Source of the DNA: Capsulimonadaceae bacterium | GTDB lineage: Bacteria > Armatimonadota > Armatimonadia > Armatimonadales > Capsulimonadaceae | Direction of reading: 5' to 3' | NCBI GenBank assembly: GCA_965215505.1 | Contig: OZ244065.1 | Span: 96,001-160,000, forward strand | DNA: 64,000 nucleotides | In this document: positions 28,365 through 36,683 of the stretch, piece after piece | Layout of the letters: each line of letters begins with the position of its first letter | How positions within the stretch are numbered: the first letter of the stretch is position 1 | Made by a program: the position numbers and the translations under genes | Notes under the pieces: generated by a model | What the model was told of the DNA's origin: nothing | Database searches by the model: none | The model's input: only the letters and a program-made list of their open reading frames with translations

Positions 28365-29219
28365 TTACTCGTTTCGGGTGGCCGCCTCCGGGGCACGGCG
28401 TAGGACAATCAAGGTGAAAGCGAACTCGATGTCGAGGCCTGGCAGGGTCTTCAATCCCGCCCGCGCCTCGTCGGACAGGTGCCAGAATGTCGGCGTCATC
28501 TGAATCAGCAATAAAACGTCTTCGGGCGGCAAAGCCCGTGTGTAGCGGATCGTCTCGCTATGACTTGGAACCAAGGCCCCTTGGAAATCCTCGGCGACCC
28601 GGCGGTCTTTGTCGCCGTCAATGTGTGGCAGGCCCAGAACATCATGCAGGGCGGCCAAGTGCCCTTCGGCGGGGACGACCACCAGCGCCAGGCCGCCGGG
28701 GCGGAGGAGCCGCGCGAACTCGGCCGGGTTTCGGGGCGCGAACACGTTCAGTATGACGTCCAGCGAGGCCGAGGCGAACGGCAGGCTCTGGTGAACGCTC
28801 GCCACCACAAAGCAACAGTCTTTGTGCCGCGCCGCCAGTCTTACGGACTCTTTAGAGATGTCCAGGCCGTACCCGTCCGTGCCGCCGGGTAAAGACTCCA
28901 CGAGGCGACGCAGATAATAGCCTTCGCCGCACCCAACATCTAAAATCCCCGCGCCCGCCGTTTCGTTCCCGGCGAGGGAGACGATGCGGTCGGAGAGCGG
29001 TTCATAGTAGCCTTTATCCAGAAAAGCCCGCCTCGAGGCCGCCATCCCCTTCGTGTCGCCTGGCGACCCGGACGCCTTCTGGTTGGCGAGAAGAAGGTTG
29101 ACGTAGCCTTCTTTGGCGATGTCATGGGAGTGGCCACGCCCGCAGCGGAACGCGCCGCCGACTTGGGCCAGCGGCTCCCGGCAGCGGGGACAGGTCAGCA
29201 GTGAAGGAGGGCGCGTCAA
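28365..29219 (-). CDS. rlmA: 23S rRNA (guanine745/748-N1)-methyltransferase-like protein
   Basis: CPRC...C..GHSHDIAKEGYVNLL Zn finger, RRAFLDKGYY, LDVGCGEGYY, FAPRN, MTP. Confidence 0.82.
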   Translation of the reverse strand: MTRPPSLLTCPRCREPLAQVGGAFRCGRGHSHDIAKEGYVNLLLANQKASGSPGDTKGMAASRRAFLDKGYYEPLSDRIVSLAGNETAGAGILDVGCGEGYYLRRLVESLPGGTDGYGLDISKESVRLAARHKDCCFVVASVHQSLPFASASLDVILNVFAPRNPAEFARLLRPGGLALVVVPAEGHLAALHDVLGLPHIDGDKDRRVAEDFQGALVPSHSETIRYTRALPPEDVLLLIQMTPTFWHLSDEARAGLKTLPGLDIEFAFTLIVLRRAPEAATRNE

Positions 29220-31432
29220 CGGCCTCCCGTCGCGCGCACGAGTTGGGCCAGACCGGATTGATACAGGAACTGGGCGTTCGCTAGGTTCGTCCGCGTCTGC
29301 GCGAGTTGTGCCAGCGCGTTCAGCACATCCAGGAAGGTCCCCAAGCCGCCCTGATAGCGCAGATAGGCCAGCCGTACCGCCTCCTGCCCTTGGGCTACTC
29401 CCGCCTGGGCCGCCGCCACTTGGCCCTGCGCGCTGCGGATGTTTAAAGTCGCCTGCCGCACCTCCAGCGAGACGTTCAGCTTGACCTGGTCCAGCGTCAA
29501 GACCTGCGTGTCCACGTCCACCCGCGCGGACCGAATGCGCGACCGGGTCGCGCCGCCGTCGTCGAGCGGCACGGCGAGCTGGGCGGTCAGGCTGGCATAG
29601 GACTGTGGGGCGAGCTGCGAGGCGATGCTGGCCCGCTCGCCGCTGGCGACGATGCCCAAGGTAGGAAGGAGAGTCGAGCCGGCCAGCTTGACCAGGCGTT
29701 TCGCCTCGCTGATGTTGGCGATGGCCTGCCGGACCTCGGGGCGGCGGCCGATGGCCGTCTGAGTCGTCTGACGCAGGTTGACGGCCTGGTCCAGCGGCGG
29801 CAGCGGCGGCGTTTGCAACGTCAAAGGCTGGTCGGGGTCGGTGCCGATGAGGTAGCTGAGGTCCGCCTGGGCCAGCCCCGCCTGGTCCTGGGCGGCGATG
29901 AGCTGCTGCTGGGCGGTGGAAAGCGCGGTCTGGGCGGTCAGCACGTCGAAGCGCGAGACGATGCCCTGCCGCAGCCGCGCCTCGGTGATCCGGACGTTCT
30001 CCTGAGCAAAGCGCACCTGCTCTTCCTGCGTCGCGACCTGCTGCTGCGTTAAAAGCACGTTGAAGAAGAGGTTCTTGGCCGCCAGGGCGGTCTCGTTTTG
30101 CAGCCGCACGATGTCCAGGCTGTAGAAGTCCGCGACGTCCTTTTGGGCATCCCGCGCGGCGGGGAGTAGGCCGAAGAGGTCAATAAACTGGCTGGCGCTG
30201 ACGCGGGCCGCGTAGTTGTTGCGCTCGCCCCTGACGCCTGACGCCGCGCTCCCCGTGACCGGGCTTGTCGTACCCCCGCCGCTGCCGCCGGTCGTCGTGT
30301 CCTGTGGTTTCGCCCGCGCGTCCTCCTCCGCGTGTGCCGTAGCCGGCGCGGCGGAAGCCGTCTGTTCGCCAGGCCCAGCCGGCTCGCCCCCCAGGCTGGT
30401 CAGATAGCCCGCGAGGATGGACGGCAGGCTCGCGCCCTGCCCGGTCGCGCCAGTCCCCGTGCCGCCGGGAGCGCCGCCCGCTGGGGGTCCATTATTGGGG
30501 GTCGGCGCGGTGCCTCCCGGTGCGCCCGCGCCGCCTGCGGGCGCTGCCGGGGTCGCCGGCGCTGCCGGGGTCGCCGGCGTACCGCCGGGCGCTGCCGGTG
30601 TCGCGGGCGTTGTCCCTCCGGGCGTGGCCGGGCCTCCTGGAGTGGTCGGGCCGCCGTTTGTGCCTCCCGGCGCGGCTGTCCCGCCGCTCCCCGGAGCGCC
30701 GCCCACGGGAGTCGGCGGCGTCGCGCCGGGGCTGCCCGTGCCGCCGGGCGCGACGGTGCTGCCGGGGGCAGTCCCGCCCGGCGTTCCTGCGCCATTGCCT
30801 GCCCCAACGCCGTTCCCCGCTCCGGCACCGGGAGTGCCCGTCGCGGGGTTGGCGACAGGCCCGCCGACGCCGGGCGTCGCGCCCAGGCTGGTCGTCGTCG
30901 GCGCGAAGCCGCTGGCGGGCGCGTTGCCGCCCCCGCCGCCGCCGATGAAGGAGGTCGAGAAGCCGTTGCCCTGGTCTACCACGACCGGGATCTGGCCGCC
31001 GCCGGGCAGCGTAGGGTTTGTGATCGTCGGGTTGGGCAGGGTGGGGGCAAAGGCGGGGTAGCTGGTGTAGGTGTCGGCGGCGTCGGCGCGGAACTGCGGC
31101 CGGCCCTGGGCGTTGACCTGGACGATCAACTCCTGCGCCTTCTGGAGCCGCTGGCGAGCCGTGACAAGGCCGGAGTTGCCTCCGACCGCGCGGGCCACCA
31201 CGTCGGCCAGCGTCAGGGGGCGGTTCGGGACGGCGGCCCCAAGGCCGCCGCCAACGCCGGGTGCGGGGGAGTTCGCGCCCGGCGCATTGCTGCCGGGGGC
31301 GGCCCCGCCGGCCGCGCCGGTCCCCGGCCCGCCCGTTGCGGGTGCCTGCGCCGTGGCAGGAGGCAGGAAAGCCAGAGCAGGAAGGAGGGCAAAAAGCGTT
31401 GACGCCGGGAGAGCGCGGCGGGAACGGGTCAT
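29216..31432 (-). CDS. TolC family outer-membrane efflux protein with a long Pro/Gly/Ala/Thr-rich insertion
   Basis: OEP repeats (GIVSRFDVLTAQ, RRPEV, RYQGGLGTFLDVL). Start uncertain (31432 or up to 31528). Confidence 0.88.
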   Translation of the reverse strand: MTRSRRALPASTLFALLPALAFLPPATAQAPATGGPGTGAAGGAAPGSNAPGANSPAPGVGGGLGAAVPNRPLTLADVVARAVGGNSGLVTARQRLQKAQELIVQVNAQGRPQFRADAADTYTSYPAFAPTLPNPTITNPTLPGGGQIPVVVDQGNGFSTSFIGGGGGGNAPASGFAPTTTSLGATPGVGGPVANPATGTPGAGAGNGVGAGNGAGTPGGTAPGSTVAPGGTGSPGATPPTPVGGAPGSGGTAAPGGTNGGPTTPGGPATPGGTTPATPAAPGGTPATPAAPATPAAPAGGAGAPGGTAPTPNNGPPAGGAPGGTGTGATGQGASLPSILAGYLTSLGGEPAGPGEQTASAAPATAHAEEDARAKPQDTTTGGSGGGTTSPVTGSAASGVRGERNNYAARVSASQFIDLFGLLPAARDAQKDVADFYSLDIVRLQNETALAAKNLFFNVLLTQQQVATQEEQVRFAQENVRITEARLRQGIVSRFDVLTAQTALSTAQQQLIAAQDQAGLAQADLSYLIGTDPDQPLTLQTPPLPPLDQAVNLRQTTQTAIGRRPEVRQAIANISEAKRLVKLAGSTLLPTLGIVASGERASIASQLAPQSYASLTAQLAVPLDDGGATRSRIRSARVDVDTQVLTLDQVKLNVSLEVRQATLNIRSAQGQVAAAQAGVAQGQEAVRLAYLRYQGGLGTFLDVLNALAQLAQTRTNLANAQFLYQSGLAQLVRATGGR

Positions 31433-31574
31433 AAAAAGCATTTCTATTCGTATGGTGGTGCGATCAGGATTTGGGTGCGAGAAAAGAGGCAGCACAGCCG
31501 TCTTTGGAGCGGCCTTCGGTGCTTGCACATGTTACTATACCCGCCGACGCCGTGATTCATTCCCGAGGCGCGTG

Positions 31575-32363
31575 TCAAATATCACGCCAACCAATGAGCG
31601 TCTCGGCGGCAGAACACGCTTCCGGTGAGCAGAGGGCCGCCGTCTCGCCTTCCCAATCATAGCCCCATGCGAAGGCTTGGGCCAGGGCGCGGTTGTCCGC
31701 GCCGGGATGGCAGACGATTTCGGTCAGGCCGTCGCGCGCGTTCTGGAGGTACTGAGCGAGGGTGGGAGCCGTCAGGTGGCCCGAGACCGCCATGCCGGAG
31801 AAGTGGTCGGAGGTTCGCAGGCCCGCCGCCGCGATGTACCGGCGCGAAAGCCGCGCCACCGCGGCCAATGCGGCAGCCTTGGCGCGGCGGGCAGGCGGAA
31901 CGGGCGCGAACGCCGGGCCGTCAACCGGCAGGCGGATCGCCCGGATGCCGTGTTCGGCGGCGAGGGGGCAGACGACGCGCATGATGCCCGGCAGGGCGTG
32001 GAGGTGCTGGTGGGAGTCGAGGTGGCTGGCCGGCAGCCCGCGCAGGGCGTCTAACTGCGCGCGCAGGGCGTCTGCGACCCGCCGGGCGGGCCACGCGCCG
32101 CGCGCATAGCCCGAGAGGAAGGCACCCAGGGTGGTGGGGAAACCGGGGAGGCCGACGAGTGTAAAATGCAGGCCCAGATCCAGGCCGGGCATAGCCGACA
32201 TCCGCCGCAAGGCGTCCTCATACGCGGGGCCGAGCGGCATCAGGCTGGCCGACGAGACGACGCCCTCCCGGTGCGCCCGCTCCACGCCCTCGTTCAAGGC
32301 GGGGTGCAGGCCGAAGTCGTCGGCGTGGACGATGACGCGCGCCGTCCTGTCTCCTCCGCTCAT
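31575..32363 (-). CDS. YdjC/ChbG/HpnK family deacetylase
   Basis: VHADDFG, LGLHFTL, SHLDSHQHLH, EIVCHPG. Confidence 0.92.
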   Translation of the reverse strand: MSGGDRTARVIVHADDFGLHPALNEGVERAHREGVVSSASLMPLGPAYEDALRRMSAMPGLDLGLHFTLVGLPGFPTTLGAFLSGYARGAWPARRVADALRAQLDALRGLPASHLDSHQHLHALPGIMRVVCPLAAEHGIRAIRLPVDGPAFAPVPPARRAKAAALAAVARLSRRYIAAAGLRTSDHFSGMAVSGHLTAPTLAQYLQNARDGLTEIVCHPGADNRALAQAFAWGYDWEGETAALCSPEACSAAETLIGWRDI

Positions 32364-33115
32364 GGGCGGGCGGCGCGGGGTCGGGACGGGCGGCGAGAAG
32401 CGGCGCGGCGGTAGTCGGCCATCTCGTGCAGGATCTTGACGACGACCCCGCCCGAGGCCAGCGTGGAGACGCCCGCCGTGCGCTCGTAGTAGCGCATGGG
32501 AATCTCCGCGATGGTGAACCCGGCCCGGTGCGTCTCGATCAGCAGCTCGGCGTCAATGAACGACCCTTCGCTCTGCAAGGTGATCTGCTCGACAATAGCC
32601 CGTCGGAACAGTTTGAAGGCGAAGTTGACGTCGCGCACCTTCAGGCCGAACAGGACGCGGATGAGCCGGTTATAGACGAACGACATGGCCTCGCGCTTCA
32701 GCCCCTCGGCCCGACCCTGCCGGTTGCCGATCACCATGTCTGCGTTGGCCGTCAGCGGGATCGCCGAGAGCGCGTCGTCCATCTGGATCGGCAGGTCGCT
32801 GTCAATGTAAAGAATCCAATCTTTAGTGGCCGCCGCGAAGCCCGTCCGCAGTGTCCCGCCCAGCCTTCGGTTCTTGGCGTGGTGAACGACCTTTAGCTCA
32901 GAGTGCCGGGAGGCGAGTTGGTCCGCCAGCGCCCCGCACCCATCGGTGGAGCAGTCGTCCACGACCACGATCTCCAGGTCGGAGGTGATCTTGTACCCGG
33001 TCGCCAGCGCCTGGGCCACGCAGTTCTCGATGTTGCCGATCTCGTTATACATCGGGAACACGAACGAAAGGCTCGGCAGCGTCGCACGCGCCTCGGCATT
33101 AGTATCTTCTGTCAT
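32360..33115 (-). CDS. GT2 polyprenyl-phosphate glycosyltransferase (ArnC/DPM1-like)
   Basis: PMYNE, VDDCSTDG, YIDSDL, DVNFAFKLFRR. Confidence 0.92.
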   Translation of the reverse strand: MTEDTNAEARATLPSLSFVFPMYNEIGNIENCVAQALATGYKITSDLEIVVVDDCSTDGCGALADQLASRHSELKVVHHAKNRRLGGTLRTGFAAATKDWILYIDSDLPIQMDDALSAIPLTANADMVIGNRQGRAEGLKREAMSFVYNRLIRVLFGLKVRDVNFAFKLFRRAIVEQITLQSEGSFIDAELLIETHRAGFTIAEIPMRYYERTAGVSTLASGGVVVKILHEMADYRRAASRRPSRPRAARP

Positions 33116-33134
33116 CTTCGGTGCCTTCTCATCG

Positions 33135-34793
33135 TCACGGCTTGCGCGGCGTCGCCCGGATCAGGACCGTCCGGTCATAACGCCATAGCTCTTCCAGGTT
33201 GGTGACGCCGTACTTCCCGCGCAGCTCGTCCTCATCACTCGTCCGCGTGGCGTACACGACGCCGGGGTGCTGCTTCATGTCTTGGACCGCGCCAACGTGG
33301 TCGTCCGTGTAGACGACCGGCTGGATCGAATAATACCGCAGGCTGGGGTGCTTGAACCCCAGCGCGTGGATGACGCCGTCCGGGGGCGTCGTCAGGTCGG
33401 CGAAGACGGCCATCTTGCGTTCCGAAACGTCCGCCTCGCGCACCTTCCAGGTCGGCGAACACCAGGCGATTAACAAAAACAGCGCGAATGCTGTTCCGGG
33501 CACTAGCCAAACCCAGGGCTGCCGACGGGATGTGATGATGACAACCGCCGACCCGGTGAGGGTGAAGTCCCACAACAACAGCGTCCCCGTCGTCACGCCG
33601 AACTTCTTTCCCGCGATGTTCAGCGCGACCGCCAGGGCCACAGCAAACGCCGCGTATAGCCATAGAGGGTCAAACCGCGCCAAAGTTTCAGGACGCTTCG
33701 CCAGCCAAAGCCCGACCAGCACGGCCGCCGCCGGGTAGAGTGGGAAGATGTAGGTGATCAGCTTGCTCTGCGAGGCCGAGAAGAAGACAAAGACAAGCGC
33801 GACCCAGAGGCCGAGGAAGAGCGCGGGGTTGTCCGCCGGCTGCGCCCGCCATGCCTCCCGCCCCTGACGCCAGGCCAAGGTCAGCGCGCCCGGCAGGGCC
33901 AGCGACCAGGGGAAGAATCCGCCCAGCAGGACGGGCAGGAAGAACCAGACGGGGCTTGTCTCCTTGTGCTCCGCCTGCAAGTACCGCGTGACGTTGTTGG
34001 CTTCCAAAAACCCGTCAATGAACAGCCGCCCGTGCAGGTGGATCATCAGCAGGAACCAGGGCAGGCCGACGACGAGGCAGAGCGCGAAGCCGCCCCAGAG
34101 GGCGGGGGACAGCAGGCGTTTTGGCTGGCGCGTCAGGCACAGGAAGGCGATTGTCTGGATGCCGATTAGGACCAGCGCGACCGGGCCTTTGGTCAGCGCG
34201 GCAAGGCCGGTCATCACGCCCGCCAGAACGATCCATCCCGCCCGATGCGTCTGAGTCCAGGCGTACAATGCGTAAAGGGCCGCCGTCAGCGTCAAGGCCA
34301 GCGTCATGTCCGTCACGGCGGCGCGGGCCAGCAAGAAGAACTGGATGCTGGTCGCCAGGGCGAAGCCCGCCCACACTGCGGCGCGTTGCGTTTGAGGGTA
34401 GGCCCGCCGTGCCAGGGCATAGGTGACTGCGACCAGGGCCACGGCCAGCAGGGCAGACGGGAGGCGGGCGGCGAACTCGGAGACGCCGAAGAGGCGCATG
34501 GAGAGCGCCGTGAGCCAGTAGAACAGCGGCGGCTTGTCGAACCAGGGCAGCCCGCCGTAGTGCGGCGTCAGCCAGCCCGCCGGGCCGGAACGGGCCATCT
34601 CCCTGCCGACCTGCCCGTAGACCGGCTCGTCCACGTCCACGAGGGGCAGGCTGCCGAGGCTCCAGAAGGACAGCAGGGCCGCCCCCAGGAGCAGCAAAGG
34701 GAGGCCCAGGCGCTCGCGACTGACCGGGGACGATGAACTTGTTTCTTGGACACGGATAGGCGGATTATACCGGGGGCGGGGGCGGGAAGTCAA
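33135..34793 (-). CDS. ArnT/GT83-like lipid-carrier-dependent glycosyltransferase
   Basis: DVDEPVY, FDKPPLFYW, EFAARLPS, LTKGP, FFSASQSKLITYIFP; start uncertain. Confidence 0.9.
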   Translation of the reverse strand: MTSRPRPRYNPPIRVQETSSSSPVSRERLGLPLLLLGAALLSFWSLGSLPLVDVDEPVYGQVGREMARSGPAGWLTPHYGGLPWFDKPPLFYWLTALSMRLFGVSEFAARLPSALLAVALVAVTYALARRAYPQTQRAAVWAGFALATSIQFFLLARAAVTDMTLALTLTAALYALYAWTQTHRAGWIVLAGVMTGLAALTKGPVALVLIGIQTIAFLCLTRQPKRLLSPALWGGFALCLVVGLPWFLLMIHLHGRLFIDGFLEANNVTRYLQAEHKETSPVWFFLPVLLGGFFPWSLALPGALTLAWRQGREAWRAQPADNPALFLGLWVALVFVFFSASQSKLITYIFPLYPAAAVLVGLWLAKRPETLARFDPLWLYAAFAVALAVALNIAGKKFGVTTGTLLLWDFTLTGSAVVIITSRRQPWVWLVPGTAFALFLLIAWCSPTWKVREADVSERKMAVFADLTTPPDGVIHALGFKHPSLRYYSIQPVVYTDDHVGAVQDMKQHPGVVYATRTSDEDELRGKYGVTNLEELWRYDRTVLIRATPRKP

Positions 34794-35632
34794 ACGCCGG
34801 TCGCCGCCCGCCAGGCACGGTGGAACGCGGCCATCGAGGCGAAGCGCCGGGCGCGGTCCGGCTGACAGGCCAATACGACAACGTCAAGAAGGGCGCGCGG
34901 TCCGCGAAAGGCATCCGGGTCGAGCGTCCCGTCGGACAGGAAGACCAGGGCTGTCCGGCCCATGACGAACACCATCGTCTGCTCGTCTATTCGTGCGCCC
35001 CGCTCGAACTCTTCTGGAGCCATGAAGCGCGTCGAGCCAAACATCCGCCCCATCTCGTTGACGAATGGGCCGTCATAGTATAGGTCAAGGTCAATCGCCC
35101 AGAGCCGCCCCGCGTTGAAGTCGTAGAGCAGGGAGCCGTCGTAGAAGTCCGAGGCGACCCAGCCTGCGGCGGACAGATGCACATGAAGATCAAACACGGC
35201 GTCGAGGCAGGAGCGCACCGTAGGTTCCGGCAGATGCCGGAACCGCTGGAAGGCCGACCGGGGATCGTCGCGCATCGCGCGGGACGCGCCGAGGAGTTCC
35301 CCATCGAGCCACGGGTAGACCAGCATCGGGCCGTCGGGGGACTCGATCACTCCGAGCAGTCCGGGCAGGAGTGAATGGCTGACAGTCGCACTCAGTTGTG
35401 CCGCGTCCCGCAGCAGAGCCACGCGGCCCCCATGGTCGAGGGCCGGACGCGGATCATCCGGCAGTCCCGCCGTCTTGACGAAGTAGCGGGCCTCGCCGAC
35501 CTGGACGCCATACGAAATGTTGCCCGAGTCCTGGGTTTTGTCGCCGAACTCGGCGAAGACTAGGCCGACGGATCGGAGGTATTCGGATGGGGGCAGGTCA
35601 ATCGCCGGGCGTTGCAGCAGCGGGTGGGGCAT
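34790..35632 (-). CDS. Protein-kinase-like (Ser/Thr/APH fold) protein
   Basis: YFVK, DFYDGSLLYD, IDLD, GSTRFMAPEEF. Confidence 0.8.
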   Translation of the reverse strand: MPHPLLQRPAIDLPPSEYLRSVGLVFAEFGDKTQDSGNISYGVQVGEARYFVKTAGLPDDPRPALDHGGRVALLRDAAQLSATVSHSLLPGLLGVIESPDGPMLVYPWLDGELLGASRAMRDDPRSAFQRFRHLPEPTVRSCLDAVFDLHVHLSAAGWVASDFYDGSLLYDFNAGRLWAIDLDLYYDGPFVNEMGRMFGSTRFMAPEEFERGARIDEQTMVFVMGRTALVFLSDGTLDPDAFRGPRALLDVVVLACQPDRARRFASMAAFHRAWRAATGV

Positions 35633-36683
35633 CGGTCAAAGTCTCCTCACTGACATTTTTCGGCCCGCGCCGCTCCCAGCGCACCCACTGGAAGCCGAGC
35701 AGAACCAGCAGGGTCCCGGCTTGCAGGACATAGGACAGGTCCGCCGAGACGTTTGCCGTCCGCTCCATGCTGCCGGACCCCGCCGCCAGAGCGCCGAAGA
35801 ACAGGGCGGAGGCGATGATGCCGTAGGGGTTCAGCCGTCCCAGCAGGGCCACGGCGACGGCGGCGAAGCCGTAGCCGGGGGAATAATTCTCGTACAGAGT
35901 CCCGACCACGCCGGACAGCTCCACGGCCCCGGCCAGCCCGCAGAGCGCGCCGCTCCAAAGCATGGTCATTAGCCGTGTCCGATCCACCTCCAGCCCGGCC
36001 ACGAGGGCGGCGTCGGGGTTCGCCCCGACGACGCGCAGAGCAAACCCCGCCTCGGTGCGGTTTAGATAGACGGACACGACGATCGCCATGATGAGGGCGA
36101 GGGCGAACCCCCAGTGGAGCGTCGTGCCGTGCCAGAGGAGCGGCAGCGTGGCCGAAGCGGGCAGAGGAGCGGAAGCCGGCTGGGCATGACTCGCCTCCTG
36201 CATGGGGCCATGCACCAAATACGACAACACTTGGGCGGCGACAAAGTTCAGCATGATCGTGCTGATGACTTCGGGCACGTTCCGCGCGACGCGCATCCAG
36301 CCCGCCAGGCCCGCCCAGAGTGCCCCCGCCGCCGCGCCCGCCAGCAGGATGATCGGGAGCAAAACGGGCGCGGGCAGGCCGTCGAGCGCATAGGCCCCCA
36401 GCGCGGACGCGGCCAGTGCGCCGACCAAAAACTGCCCCTCGCCGCCGATGTTCCAAAGCCGCGCCCGGAAGGCGACGGCGACGCCCAGCCCGGTCAGCAG
36501 CAGCGGGGTCGTCTTGGTGAGCGTGTCCGCGACGGCATAGGCGCTGCCGAACGCGCCCCCCGCAAGGGCAGTCAAGGCAGCGCGCGGTGAGCCGTGGGAC
36601 AGGGCAATGACGAGCAGCGCCAGTCCGAACGAGAGGACCAACGCGGCCCCGATGCGGGCGGCTTGGCGCAGGGCGTCAGCCAT
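35598..36683 (-). CDS. Nucleoside/BMP-type ABC transporter permease
   Basis: WNIGGEGQ, EVISTIMLNF, GYGFAAVAVALLGRLNP. Confidence 0.92.
   Translation of the reverse strand: MADALRQAARIGAALVLSFGLALLVIALSHGSPRAALTALAGGAFGSAYAVADTLTKTTPLLLTGLGVAVAFRARLWNIGGEGQFLVGALAASALGAYALDGLPAPVLLPIILLAGAAAGALWAGLAGWMRVARNVPEVISTIMLNFVAAQVLSYLVHGPMQEASHAQPASAPLPASATLPLLWHGTTLHWGFALALIMAIVVSVYLNRTEAGFALRVVGANPDAALVAGLEVDRTRLMTMLWSGALCGLAGAVELSGVVGTLYENYSPGYGFAAVAVALLGRLNPYGIIASALFFGALAAGSGSMERTANVSADLSYVLQAGTLLVLLGFQWVRWERRGPKNVSEETLTDAPPAAATPGD

Noticed and set aside
30530..30610. Short tandem repeats that could be mistaken for a CRISPR or VNTR array
   Set aside because: They are coding repeats (PATPAA) within TolC with no spacers; no cas genes, tRNA or rRNA were seen in the window
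34690..34793. Possible frameshift at the ArnT 5' end (GTG at 34753 after a TATAAT reads MSKKQVHRPR in another frame)
   Set aside because: An in-frame TTG overlapping the upstream stop gives an intact ORF and there is no canonical slippery site; it cannot be resolved without orthologs
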